Source: Candidatus Electrothrix sp. GW3-4 (GTDB taxonomy: Bacteria > Desulfobacterota > Desulfobulbia > Desulfobulbales > Desulfobulbaceae). Taken from it: a DNA stretch of 32,000 bases. Made by a program: the position numbers and the translations under genes. The notes under the pieces are model-generated. The model saw only the letters and a list, made by a program, of their open reading frames with translations. It had not been told where the DNA came from and searched no databases. How positions within the stretch are numbered: position 1 is the first letter of the stretch; each line of letters starts with the position of its first letter. Location of the stretch: contig NZ_CP147990.1 in assembly GCF_037902255.1 (NCBI RefSeq), forward strand, positions 2,670,001 through 2,702,000, read 5' to 3'. Below, piece by piece: positions 9,691-16,917 of the stretch.

Positions 9691-11544
9691 ATGGCAACCA
9701 ATAAATCTCAAAGTGAATCCAGCGAAACTATCATCTCTGATGAAACGCAGACACAAGTAGTGGAAGGCAAGGCCAACGCAGACGCAGCTACGCAGCAGCA
9801 TGTTACGGAACATAAAAAAGGTGGCTTGCCGCAGTTAGCGGCCACAGCCATCTGCGGGAACGACATCACCTCTTCCTGCTTGTATGTCTCCGCACTGGCG
9901 ATTCTCTATGCTGGCCGCTGGGCGCCGCTTGTTTTGCTGCTGGTCGCCGGTATTCTGTATTTATTCCGCTCGATCTATGCTGAAGTTGTGGGTGCGCTGC
10001 CCTTGAATGGCGGTGCCTATAATGCGCTGTTGAATACGACAAGCAAATTTCGCGCCTCAATCGCGGCCTGTCTTACGATCCTCTCCTATATGGCGACCGC
10101 TGTCATCTCCGCTGGCGAGGCCATGCATTACCTGCACACAGTCTGGCTGGACCTGCCCGTAATGGGCGCCACCATTGGCCTGCTGGCTTTTTTCATGGGG
10201 CTCACCATTATCGGCATTACCGAATCCTCAAGGGTCGCCATCGGTATTTTTTTGTTTCACTTGACGACGCTTTCGTTGTTGCTGGGAGCAGGCCTCTACT
10301 CTGTGGGAACGCATGGTCTGGCCATCTTGCAGGCAAACTTTGCGACGCCCGCTGAAGGCGGTTTGTGGACTGCCCTGTTTTTTGGTTTTGCCGCCTCGTT
10401 GTTGGGAATCTCCGGCTTTGAAAGTTCTGCTAACTTTGTGGAAGAACAGGCCGAGGGTGTCTTTCCCCTGACCCTGCGGAATATGTGGGTTGCAGTGACC
10501 ATCTTCAATCCCGGTATGGCCCTGCTGACCCTGGCGCTGATACCGATTGCGCAGGTGGAGCAGCATCAGGAGGCCTTGCTGGCCCACATAGGATTACTGT
10601 CCGGCGGTGGCTGGTTTGCTAACGTAATCTCCATTGATGCCATGCTGGTTCTGAGTGGCGCCGTACTGACCAGTTTTGTTGGCGTCAACGGCTTGGTTCG
10701 GCGATTGACGCTGGATCGCTGTCTGCCCCAATTTCTGCTTAAAACCAACCGACGCGGCACCACCCATCGCATCATTATCGCCTTTTTCCTCCTCTCTCTT
10801 TCCGTGCTGCTGATCACACGCGGGGAGTTGAAGGCCCTAGCTGGCGTTTATACTATTTCATTTTTATCCGTAATGGTGTTGTTCGGGGTGGGTAATATTC
10901 TACTGAAATGGAAACGAGCCAAACTACCGCGCTCATCTGTCGCCTCTTTGCCCGCAGTCCTGCTTGCCATTGTTGCTGTGCTGGTCGGCCTGATTGGCAA
11001 TGCGATCATGAACCCTCCTTACCTTATCGTTTTTCTCGAATTCTTTTTTCCTGCCTTACTGATCATCGTTGTCATGCTGGAACGCATCACCATCCTGCAG
11101 GCCTGCTTGTTTGTTGTGCAATCACTCTTCATGTCGTTCATCACCAATATGCGCAGGGCCTCCCAGACGATCCAGGATAAGATTAACCAGATCAATGCGC
11201 AGCAGCTGGTATTCTTCACCCGTGGCGATAATCTGCCCAACCTGAACCTGGTCATGCAGTATGTGCAAAACAACGAACATACGAGCCGGATCAAAATCGT
11301 CACCGTGGTTCAAGAGGAACATGAAGTCGCCCCCAATCTGCAACGCGATCTGAAGTTTCTCGACGAGGCATATCCAGCGATCGATATTGAATTTGTGGTC
11401 TCTCTTGGAACATTCAATCCTGCGTTGATCCAGGAGTTATCCGCCAAGTGGAACATTCCAGCCAATCTGATGTTCATTGGCTCCCCTGGCGACCACCTCA
11501 TTTACGGCCTAGCGGACCTGGGCGGCGTCCGGCTGATTATCTAG
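9691..11544 (+). CDS. APC-superfamily permease (about 12 TM) with a roughly 130-aa C-terminal cytosolic domain
   Basis: 617 aa with a hydrophobic core. It has the amino-acid-permease-like motifs GNDITSSCLYVSA and ALPLNGGAYNALLNTTSK. The soluble tail (LVFFTRGDNLPNLNLVMQYV...IKIVTVVQEE...NLMFIGSPG) resembles the regulatory tails of SLC12/CCC-type carriers; that resemblance is from memory. Confidence 0.7.
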   Translation: MATNKSQSESSETIISDETQTQVVEGKANADAATQQHVTEHKKGGLPQLAATAICGNDITSSCLYVSALAILYAGRWAPLVLLLVAGILYLFRSIYAEVVGALPLNGGAYNALLNTTSKFRASIAACLTILSYMATAVISAGEAMHYLHTVWLDLPVMGATIGLLAFFMGLTIIGITESSRVAIGIFLFHLTTLSLLLGAGLYSVGTHGLAILQANFATPAEGGLWTALFFGFAASLLGISGFESSANFVEEQAEGVFPLTLRNMWVAVTIFNPGMALLTLALIPIAQVEQHQEALLAHIGLLSGGGWFANVISIDAMLVLSGAVLTSFVGVNGLVRRLTLDRCLPQFLLKTNRRGTTHRIIIAFFLLSLSVLLITRGELKALAGVYTISFLSVMVLFGVGNILLKWKRAKLPRSSVASLPAVLLAIVAVLVGLIGNAIMNPPYLIVFLEFFFPALLIIVVMLERITILQACLFVVQSLFMSFITNMRRASQTIQDKINQINAQQLVFFTRGDNLPNLNLVMQYVQNNEHTSRIKIVTVVQEEHEVAPNLQRDLKFLDEAYPAIDIEFVVSLGTFNPALIQELSAKWNIPANLMFIGSPGDHLIYGLADLGGVRLII

Positions 11545-11795
11545 GCCTCTTCAGACACAAGTTCAACCAGAAATTGGCATAAATTCTCCTTGAAAGCGCT
11601 CCCTGTGGCGACCACGCCTAGAAGTAACAGTTGAGGTACAAGGTCATGTTACTTAGAGGACTCAAAACATCTGTCAAAACGATCTGCAAGAAAAAAAAGC
11701 CCTCCAGAGACCACCGCAAACTTTATAAGTTTGTTGGCCTGATAGATCGTAAATCGGACGTTGAAATAAAAAAAGCAGGTTAAATTTTTTTCACC

Positions 11796-11824
11796 TTGTT
11801 ATTAACGGTATTATTTTTTATACT
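11796..11824 (+). promoter_or_regulatory. putative sigma70 promoter (TTGTTA-N17-TATACT) for the 76-aa ORF
   Basis: TTGTTA at 11796-11801, a 17-nt spacer, and TATACT at 11819-11824, set in a very AT-rich stretch about 90 nt upstream of the ATG at 11912. Confidence 0.4.
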
Positions 11825-11911
11825 TTAGATATAAAATAAGAAAAGAAACAATTGGGAAAAATACAGAGGTCGTTTTACCAGGACTGTCTTTAAACAAAAG
11901 AGGGACTCACA

Positions 11912-12142
11912 ATGACTACAAACAAACAAAAAATACACGCCTTTGAAAGAGCTATTGAACTGATAGAAATGTCCGCCAAAAATAATCCTTCTTTGGTTTC
12001 CGATAAAGCATATCAAGCGCTTTATAATACGTATGGAAAATTAACAGAGATGTTCATGACCTCTGATGAACGAAAAGCAAATAACTTTTTAACTATGGAA
12101 CTAGGATGTTTTGCTTTTAACTCTGGAGCGAGGATGCCATAA
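11912..12142 (+). CDS. hypothetical 76-aa helical protein (orphan)
   Basis: ATG preceded by AGAGGGA with about 6-nt spacing, and followed by a strong intrinsic terminator. The coding sequence is AT-rich. I recognise no family. Confidence 0.5.
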   Translation: MTTNKQKIHAFERAIELIEMSAKNNPSLVSDKAYQALYNTYGKLTEMFMTSDERKANNFLTMELGCFAFNSGARMP

Positions 12143-12177
12143 CTGAATTTTACCTGAAGTTGTTTCCTCTTCACTTT

Positions 12178-12217
12178 ACCGGGCACGCACTCAGCACGTG
12201 TGACCCGGTTTTTTTTT
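12178..12217 (+). terminator. rho-independent terminator
   Basis: Stem ACCGGGCACG (12178-12187) pairs with CGTG(tga)CCCGGT (12197-12209), with a 9-nt loop, followed by a T-run at 12210-12217. Confidence 0.8.
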
Positions 12218-12341
12218 ATTTCTCTGCTTCTGCGGCTCTCACCTGCAACCCCGACCTGTACCCGCTTTACTGCGCGATCTAATTTGGCCCTATACTACCT
12301 ACCCGAGGGGCTATTTTTAATCTGACTGTTACCGAGTTCTC

Positions 12342-12532
12342 TTGGACGAAATCCCGTGTTGCGGTCATGGGTTGTGCGGTTCTCACCTTTTGCGGGAGTT
12401 GACCTTTGTCATTGACTCCAATGAGTACAAGTGGGCTCGCAATATGAAACAGCGGTGCTGCTGTTTGCAAAAGCGCTGTATTTCCCATTTACCAAGAACA
12501 GGGACTGAGAGGGATAGGGGTGAGTCGTTACC
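12342..12532 (+). pseudogene. transposase gene fragment (IS66-family-like motif), truncated by the downstream IS insertion
   Basis: The translation CCGHGLCGSHLLRELTFVIDSNEYKWARNMKQ resembles the C-x-(A/S)-H-x-L-R-E-L ... W-A-x-x-M block I recall from one IS66-family subgroup. It has no start and no N- or C-terminal parts. The assignment is from memory only. Confidence 0.3.
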
Positions 12533-12538
12533 TTTAAT
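12533..12538. repeat. left copy of the 6-bp direct repeat TTTAAT (putative target-site duplication)
   Basis: TTTAAT directly abuts the left inverted repeat. An identical hexamer abuts the right inverted repeat at 16027-16032. Confidence 0.7.
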
Positions 12539-12564
12539 GGTAACCGTTCAGCCCACATTCAGCA
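12539..12564. repeat. left terminal inverted repeat (IRL)
   Basis: GGTAACCGTTCAGCCCACATTCAGCA. It lies just outside the stop codon of the IS1634-type transposase (12571). Confidence 0.7.
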
Positions 12565-12570
12565 TACCCT

Positions 12571-14214
12571 CTATCCATTTCCAGAATATAATTTTTCATA
12601 TCTCCCACCCAACAGCTTCAGCAGACGCAAATGATGTTCATTTAAATTCAGGACCAGCTGTTGCATTCCGCCGACAAGCAGCAGGTGAATTCCTGAAAAA
12701 AACTGAAATACCCAACGAGCAGTAGGGTTAGGGGCAGGTTTTCCTTTCTGGTTGGGAAATGTTTCATTATTTATTTCGAGCGCTTGTCTGATGCGATATT
12801 CCAACGCGGCGTACACCAGGAGGCAAAGCGTCATAACCATCATCAGGGCCATGATACGTTTTCGGGATTTTAAAAAAAGCGTTGAAGCCATAAACATAGG
12901 ATCTTTGAGGAAACGAAAACCCCGTTCAACCTTTTGCTGATCTTTGTACACTTTCAAGAGTTCCTCGTCGGACAATTCTTCGCAGTCCAACTGATTCGTT
13001 GCAAGAATAAAACAGCTTTTTCGTTCCAACAATCGGGTTCTCTCCTGAAGCAGGGAGGCTGGGTTGCCTTCAATGCGGTAAACATAAAAGTCCGGTTTCT
13101 TGCCCTTGGCTGGCCGTCCTTTGCCCTTATGGCGAGGTAAAGCAACAACACGAGCGTCATGAATTGAGAGTATTTTCAGCTTTTTTTCAAAACGGGACAG
13201 TGCTTTCAATGCATCGGCCTCGCAGGCAAAATCCTGTTTGCACAATTTATCGAATTGCTTGGATTCATTTGTGCTCAGCTTGAGGCATTTTTTGTTTACG
13301 GTCTTGCGTCCCCGTTGATATGCTTCAGGCGAATAGACAACCAACCAGCGCTGCCTGACATCGCCATAAACTACCCCGAGACTGCGAGATGCTGCTTTTT
13401 CAGGATCCTGCATCAGATTTGAAGCTACTTCATGGATGATCTCCTGGGACAGATTCAATGTCTCCGGTACACGGGAAATCCACAATATCATGCTCAGTTC
13501 TTTTAATGTTTGCGCTGTATAGAGCGCACTATCCGCAACCAGATATTCCAGGCTGAAATCGTTTTTCATCTGATCAATATGCGCTTGCACTGTTTTCCGA
13601 AAATCTGTTTTATCGCTACTGTTACCACTTAACGGCTTCATCAGAAGCGGGATGCCAGCCTGTCGTTCGCAAATGAGCTGCAACACGATCTGGTTCAGAT
13701 CCGGACGATGATCACGGCTGTAGCCTTTTGTGATCCGAATAACACCTTCTTCCTCTTCTGATCCGTTGGCTGGATAGCGACCGTCGGTATGAAAACTCGT
13801 TGAATCCAAGTGACCAAAACGTGCCAGCAGCCCTAGACGACCAATTGCCCTAGCTGCAAGCTGCGAATATAACTCTTCGGGATTATGCTCGTAAATCACT
13901 TCTAAGGCCCGGCCCAAAACAGTATCGTTCAGGTGCTGGGCCTCAATGCCTTCTCCGATGAGTCGATCTACCGGTTTATCCTGGAAAAAATGCGGGGTCA
14001 GATACAATGCCCGATTCGCAAAGCCCAACCCGTTAAGAACCATTGCCTTAACTGCCTGACCAACTGAGACAACTCGCTTTTCTTTATCCTGATGAATCAG
14101 ACTGTCAATCAGCTCCCCAAGTCCGAGTTCGTCATACATACCCGCGACTAGGCCCAAGTGATTGAGGAGTTTACTTGAGCATTCCTGTGGTAAAATCGTT
14201 GTGTTGTTTTCCAT
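12571..14214 (-). CDS. IS1634-family (IS4-related) DDE transposase, 547 aa
   Basis: N-terminal DUF4277-like block LNHLGLVAGMYDELGLGELIDSLI, typical length, and the C-terminal block YKDQQKVERGFRFLKDP characteristic of IS1634-type transposases (recognised from memory). Confidence 0.8.
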   Translation of the reverse strand: MENNTTILPQECSSKLLNHLGLVAGMYDELGLGELIDSLIHQDKEKRVVSVGQAVKAMVLNGLGFANRALYLTPHFFQDKPVDRLIGEGIEAQHLNDTVLGRALEVIYEHNPEELYSQLAARAIGRLGLLARFGHLDSTSFHTDGRYPANGSEEEEGVIRITKGYSRDHRPDLNQIVLQLICERQAGIPLLMKPLSGNSSDKTDFRKTVQAHIDQMKNDFSLEYLVADSALYTAQTLKELSMILWISRVPETLNLSQEIIHEVASNLMQDPEKAASRSLGVVYGDVRQRWLVVYSPEAYQRGRKTVNKKCLKLSTNESKQFDKLCKQDFACEADALKALSRFEKKLKILSIHDARVVALPRHKGKGRPAKGKKPDFYVYRIEGNPASLLQERTRLLERKSCFILATNQLDCEELSDEELLKVYKDQQKVERGFRFLKDPMFMASTLFLKSRKRIMALMMVMTLCLLVYAALEYRIRQALEINNETFPNQKGKPAPNPTARWVFQFFSGIHLLLVGGMQQLVLNLNEHHLRLLKLLGGRYEKLYSGNG

Positions 14215-14215
14215 A

Positions 14216-14260
14216 CCTGCTGCCTGGTTGATTTATTAAATGTCTTTTTGAGGCAGCAGG
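14216..14260 (-). promoter_or_regulatory. perfect 10-bp inverted repeat (CCTGCTGCCT / AGGCAGCAGG) forming a hairpin over the transposase ribosome-binding region
   Basis: On the mRNA strand, 5'-CCUGCUGCCU-N25-AGGCAGCAGG-U-AUG. The 3' arm ends 1 nt before the ATG at 14214 and holds the only purine-rich SD-like sequence. Confidence 0.5.
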
Positions 14261-14287
14261 TTATAAAATATTTTTTTATGTGTCAAC

Positions 14288-14319
14288 GTGCGGAATGTGG
14301 GGTTCAGACCCCTCTCATT
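14288..14319. repeat. internal IR-like copy (GTGCGGAATGTGGGG...) that also folds as a hairpin, between the two transposase genes
   Basis: TGCGGAATGTGGGG is the reverse complement of the inner IRL part CCCACATTC(A/C)GCA. It is in the same orientation as the right IR. AATG-GGGG/CCCC-CATT can pair across 14294-14319. Confidence 0.5.
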
Positions 14320-14320
14320 T

Positions 14321-15913
14321 TTACGCAGCAAGAGGCAGAGGAGGTACATCCAGCCCCTGACGCCGAGCCGTGATAACCTCGGCGAGATATTTCCACGGAC
14401 AGGCGTTGCGCTTCCTACACGTATCAATCACGCTCGCAAGTATGGCGAACACATGACTACCTTGACCATTACGGGTACCGTGGCTTAATTTGCGCGCAAT
14501 AACCCAATGACGTAACGCTTGCTCCGCCTCATTATTGGTCAGGGGCCACGTCGGATTCGACAACACATGAAAAATCGTGTCCCAGTCGTTGAGAAATTCT
14601 CTGGCCAGCTCGCGTGTTTTTTTATGGTCTGAATCGCGATATCTCATGCAGCACGCCTTAAATTCGGCCAGAAATTCTCTGTATATTGGCAAAAGATCCG
14701 TGGGTGGTCCCTCGCGAGCCTTGTAAATTACATCCATCAACTCGGTGAGCACCGCATGGGCCTCGGTGCCGAATGTGCGGGGATCATCGCTCAGGCTCTG
14801 TTTCAAGCCTTTTGTCTTGCGCAGTAAATGCGCCCAGCAGCGGAGCCTGTTGAGGAACTTACGATAGGCCTTGTAGCCGTCGCTCATCAGCACCCCCTTA
14901 AAGGTTTGGCCGAGCACATAATCAAGTACTTTTTGGCTGCGAAGGCCAATGATGTAAAAGGTGACTTTCAGCGAGGTAAAGACCCATAACCATCGTTTTT
15001 CGGCCCACTCCTTCCAGGATGTCTCATCCACGAACAAGATCAGTGATTCACGCACCTCCTCAAGAAACTCCTCGGTAAGGGGAGAAACGGCGCGGCCAGC
15101 TTCATGGATACATTGATTGATCGTGCCGATGCCCAAATCCAATCGCAGCCAATCTTGCAGAAATTCCCGGATGCGGCGGCGAGAAAGGCGCATGCGCTTG
15201 GAGAGGCACACGATCAGAGCGGTCAATTTTGGGCCGACCATGTGCCATTGGCTTATTTCAACCCCCCAGTCTTCGTTTTTTTCGAGACGATGGGGCATAA
15301 GCCGATTGACATGACCACAGCCGCCGCACGTCGTGTCTCCGTAGATATGCTTGGTGTTGATCACCTCTATTCCCGGGCCGGTGGCATCGCCCACCTCAAT
15401 ATCAACGACATAATGACCGGTGCGAGCGATGAAGTCGCATGTTTCGTCCAGCTCAAGGTTACAAGCCAAGCAGGTGTCTGCTTTGTGAATGATGGTGTCG
15501 TGTACGGGAAGTTTTTGCGTTCGACCATGCCCGGTGGTGCCGGGTTGCTTGCCGGGTTTGTTGCCCTTGGGGCGATCATCAATATTTTTGGGGGAATCCT
15601 GCTGGTCGGACTTGTCCGCATCTTCATCATGCTCGACGGACTCCTCGTCAGAATCGTCGAGTTCTATGTGCGTGGCTTCGACTTGCTCTTCATCCGGTTC
15701 CTCCTCGTCGGCTTGAGCGTCGGCATCAAACCGGGCCCAGGGGAAATTTGAGCTGGGAGGCATGGAGCTGTTTTCGGAATTTTGACCCAGCCGTTCGTGA
15801 AGTTCTTTGAGGTCATCAAGTGCGAGCAGGCACAGCTCCTTTGCACTCTTACCGGGCAAGGAGTCAATAAACTGCTTATCTATTTTTAGCAACTCTTCTC
15901 TGGATAGATGCAT
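14321..15913 (-). CDS. IS66-family transposase (single-ORF type), 530 aa
   Basis: Zinc-finger-like CLACN...CGGCGHVN, then the DDE region with VDETSW and the signature SDGYKAYRKF...RCWAHLLRK (the IS66 'CWAHxRR' block). Confidence 0.8.
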   Translation of the reverse strand: MHLSREELLKIDKQFIDSLPGKSAKELCLLALDDLKELHERLGQNSENSSMPPSSNFPWARFDADAQADEEEPDEEQVEATHIELDDSDEESVEHDEDADKSDQQDSPKNIDDRPKGNKPGKQPGTTGHGRTQKLPVHDTIIHKADTCLACNLELDETCDFIARTGHYVVDIEVGDATGPGIEVINTKHIYGDTTCGGCGHVNRLMPHRLEKNEDWGVEISQWHMVGPKLTALIVCLSKRMRLSRRRIREFLQDWLRLDLGIGTINQCIHEAGRAVSPLTEEFLEEVRESLILFVDETSWKEWAEKRWLWVFTSLKVTFYIIGLRSQKVLDYVLGQTFKGVLMSDGYKAYRKFLNRLRCWAHLLRKTKGLKQSLSDDPRTFGTEAHAVLTELMDVIYKAREGPPTDLLPIYREFLAEFKACCMRYRDSDHKKTRELAREFLNDWDTIFHVLSNPTWPLTNNEAEQALRHWVIARKLSHGTRNGQGSHVFAILASVIDTCRKRNACPWKYLAEVITARRQGLDVPPLPLAA

Positions 15914-15998
15914 GCGAACTCAGAACGTGGATAGATCTCGTAAAAAACGTTGTGACCGTTAAACTATCGTGATCCTCTTTTTGTCCAGTTCTTTTTTG

Positions 15999-16026
15999 TG
16001 TGGAATGAGGGGGGTGAACGGTTACC
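15999..16026. repeat. right terminal inverted repeat (IRR)
   Basis: TGTGGAATGAGGGGGGTGAACGGTTACC, whose reverse complement aligns with the IRL. Confidence 0.7.
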
Positions 16027-16032
16027 TTTAAT
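16027..16032. repeat. right copy of the 6-bp direct repeat TTTAAT
   Basis: It immediately follows the IRR. Confidence 0.7.
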
Positions 16033-16130
16033 GTTTTTCACCTCTCTTGTTTACTTGAAAAAATCATCTGAACATGTCAGGATAATTATGCGTTTTTCTT
16101 TTGTCACTTGAATCCAAAATAAAGGGTGTC

Positions 16131-16748
16131 ATGACCATGAATGAGTTTGAAAAGATGCGAGCAGGAAATGATTTTGACCGCGATCATCCTGACATTGTCT
16201 CAATACGTAGGCAGGCGGAAGAATTGCTCATTGCCTTCAATACGTCTACCAGTGACCTCCATCGCCCCCTGCTTGAACGGCTGTTCGATCATTTCGGTAC
16301 AAACTCTGTTGTCCGCCCGCCTTTTCAATGCGAATTTGGAAAAACTATCTTTATTGGAGATCATTGCTTTTTAAATTCAGGTATTATCATGCTGGATAAT
16401 ACTGATATTCATATTGGCAATCATGTGATGATTGGCCCTGGAACACATTTTTACACTCCAACACATTCATTGGATTATAAGCAAAGGCGGGATGGCCAAA
16501 CCTATAGTAGCCCCATCAGGGTTGAAGATGATGTGTGGATAGGCGGTCATGTATGTATATATCAGGATATCACAATAGGGGCGCGTTCGGTGGTTGCCGC
16601 CGGAAGTGTCGTCACACGAGATGTGCCTCCTGATACCCTTGTAGGAGGAACACCGGCCAAAGTCATTCATCAACTTGGAGAGGAAAGCATTCCAGAAGAA
16701 ACGGAATGTAGCCCTCTATTGCCGAGTTGCTTTCGCAAAAAATTCTGA
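16131..16748 (+). CDS. maltose/galactoside O-acetyltransferase-family (hexapeptide-repeat, Maa/LacA-like) acetyltransferase
   Basis: MNEFEKMRAG... is similar to the Maa N-terminus. Left-handed beta-helix hexapeptide repeats are present (IGNHVMIGPGTHFYT, VWIGGHVCIYQDITIGARSVVAAGSVVTRDVPPDTLVGGTPAKVI). ATG 16131 is preceded by AAAGGG. The last ~23 aa (GEESIPEETECSPLLPSCFRKKF) extend beyond where Maa homologues normally end. Confidence 0.8.
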   Translation: MTMNEFEKMRAGNDFDRDHPDIVSIRRQAEELLIAFNTSTSDLHRPLLERLFDHFGTNSVVRPPFQCEFGKTIFIGDHCFLNSGIIMLDNTDIHIGNHVMIGPGTHFYTPTHSLDYKQRRDGQTYSSPIRVEDDVWIGGHVCIYQDITIGARSVVAAGSVVTRDVPPDTLVGGTPAKVIHQLGEESIPEETECSPLLPSCFRKKF

Positions 16749-16892
16749 TTCACACCAGTTGCACAAAATACCCTTCATATGTCCCCCCCCAACGGGCTGT
16801 AGGATTAGAGACAGATTTTCCTTTCTGGTTTGGAAAAGTTTCATTATTTGTATCAAGCGCTTCCCGGATACGATGCTCCAGAGCGGCATAAA
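16735..16892 (-). pseudogene. remnant (part A) of a second, diverged IS1634-like transposase gene
   Basis: About 75-80% nucleotide identity by eye to 12690-12822 of the intact copy. It translates as YAALEHRIREALDTNNETFPNQKGKSVSNPTAR, versus YAALEYRIRQALEINNETFPNQKGKPAPNPTAR. The left boundary is approximate. Confidence 0.75.
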
Positions 16893-16917
16893 CTAGTACA
16901 GCGCGGCGCAAATAACC

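Larger units (their letters stand above)
12539..16026 (-). mobile_element. 3,488-bp IS unit carrying an IS1634-family and an IS66-family transposase gene, bounded by terminal inverted repeats
   Basis: The ends are GGTAACCGTTCA... and ...TGAACGGTTACC, with 12/12 perfect terminal matches and 22/28 overall allowing a 2-nt gap. They are flanked by TTTAAT on both sides. Confidence 0.7.

Noticed and set aside
14294-14319. Hairpin right after the IS66-type transposase stop, considered as its terminator
   Set aside because: On the transposase mRNA strand the stem is not followed by a U-run. It is better explained as part of the IR-like repeat.
15104-15751. 215-aa ORF on the plus strand inside the IS66-type element
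   Set aside because: It is antisense to the IS66-family transposase, whose frame carries the family signatures. It has no similarity to the IS66 accessory proteins TnpA/TnpB that I can recognise.
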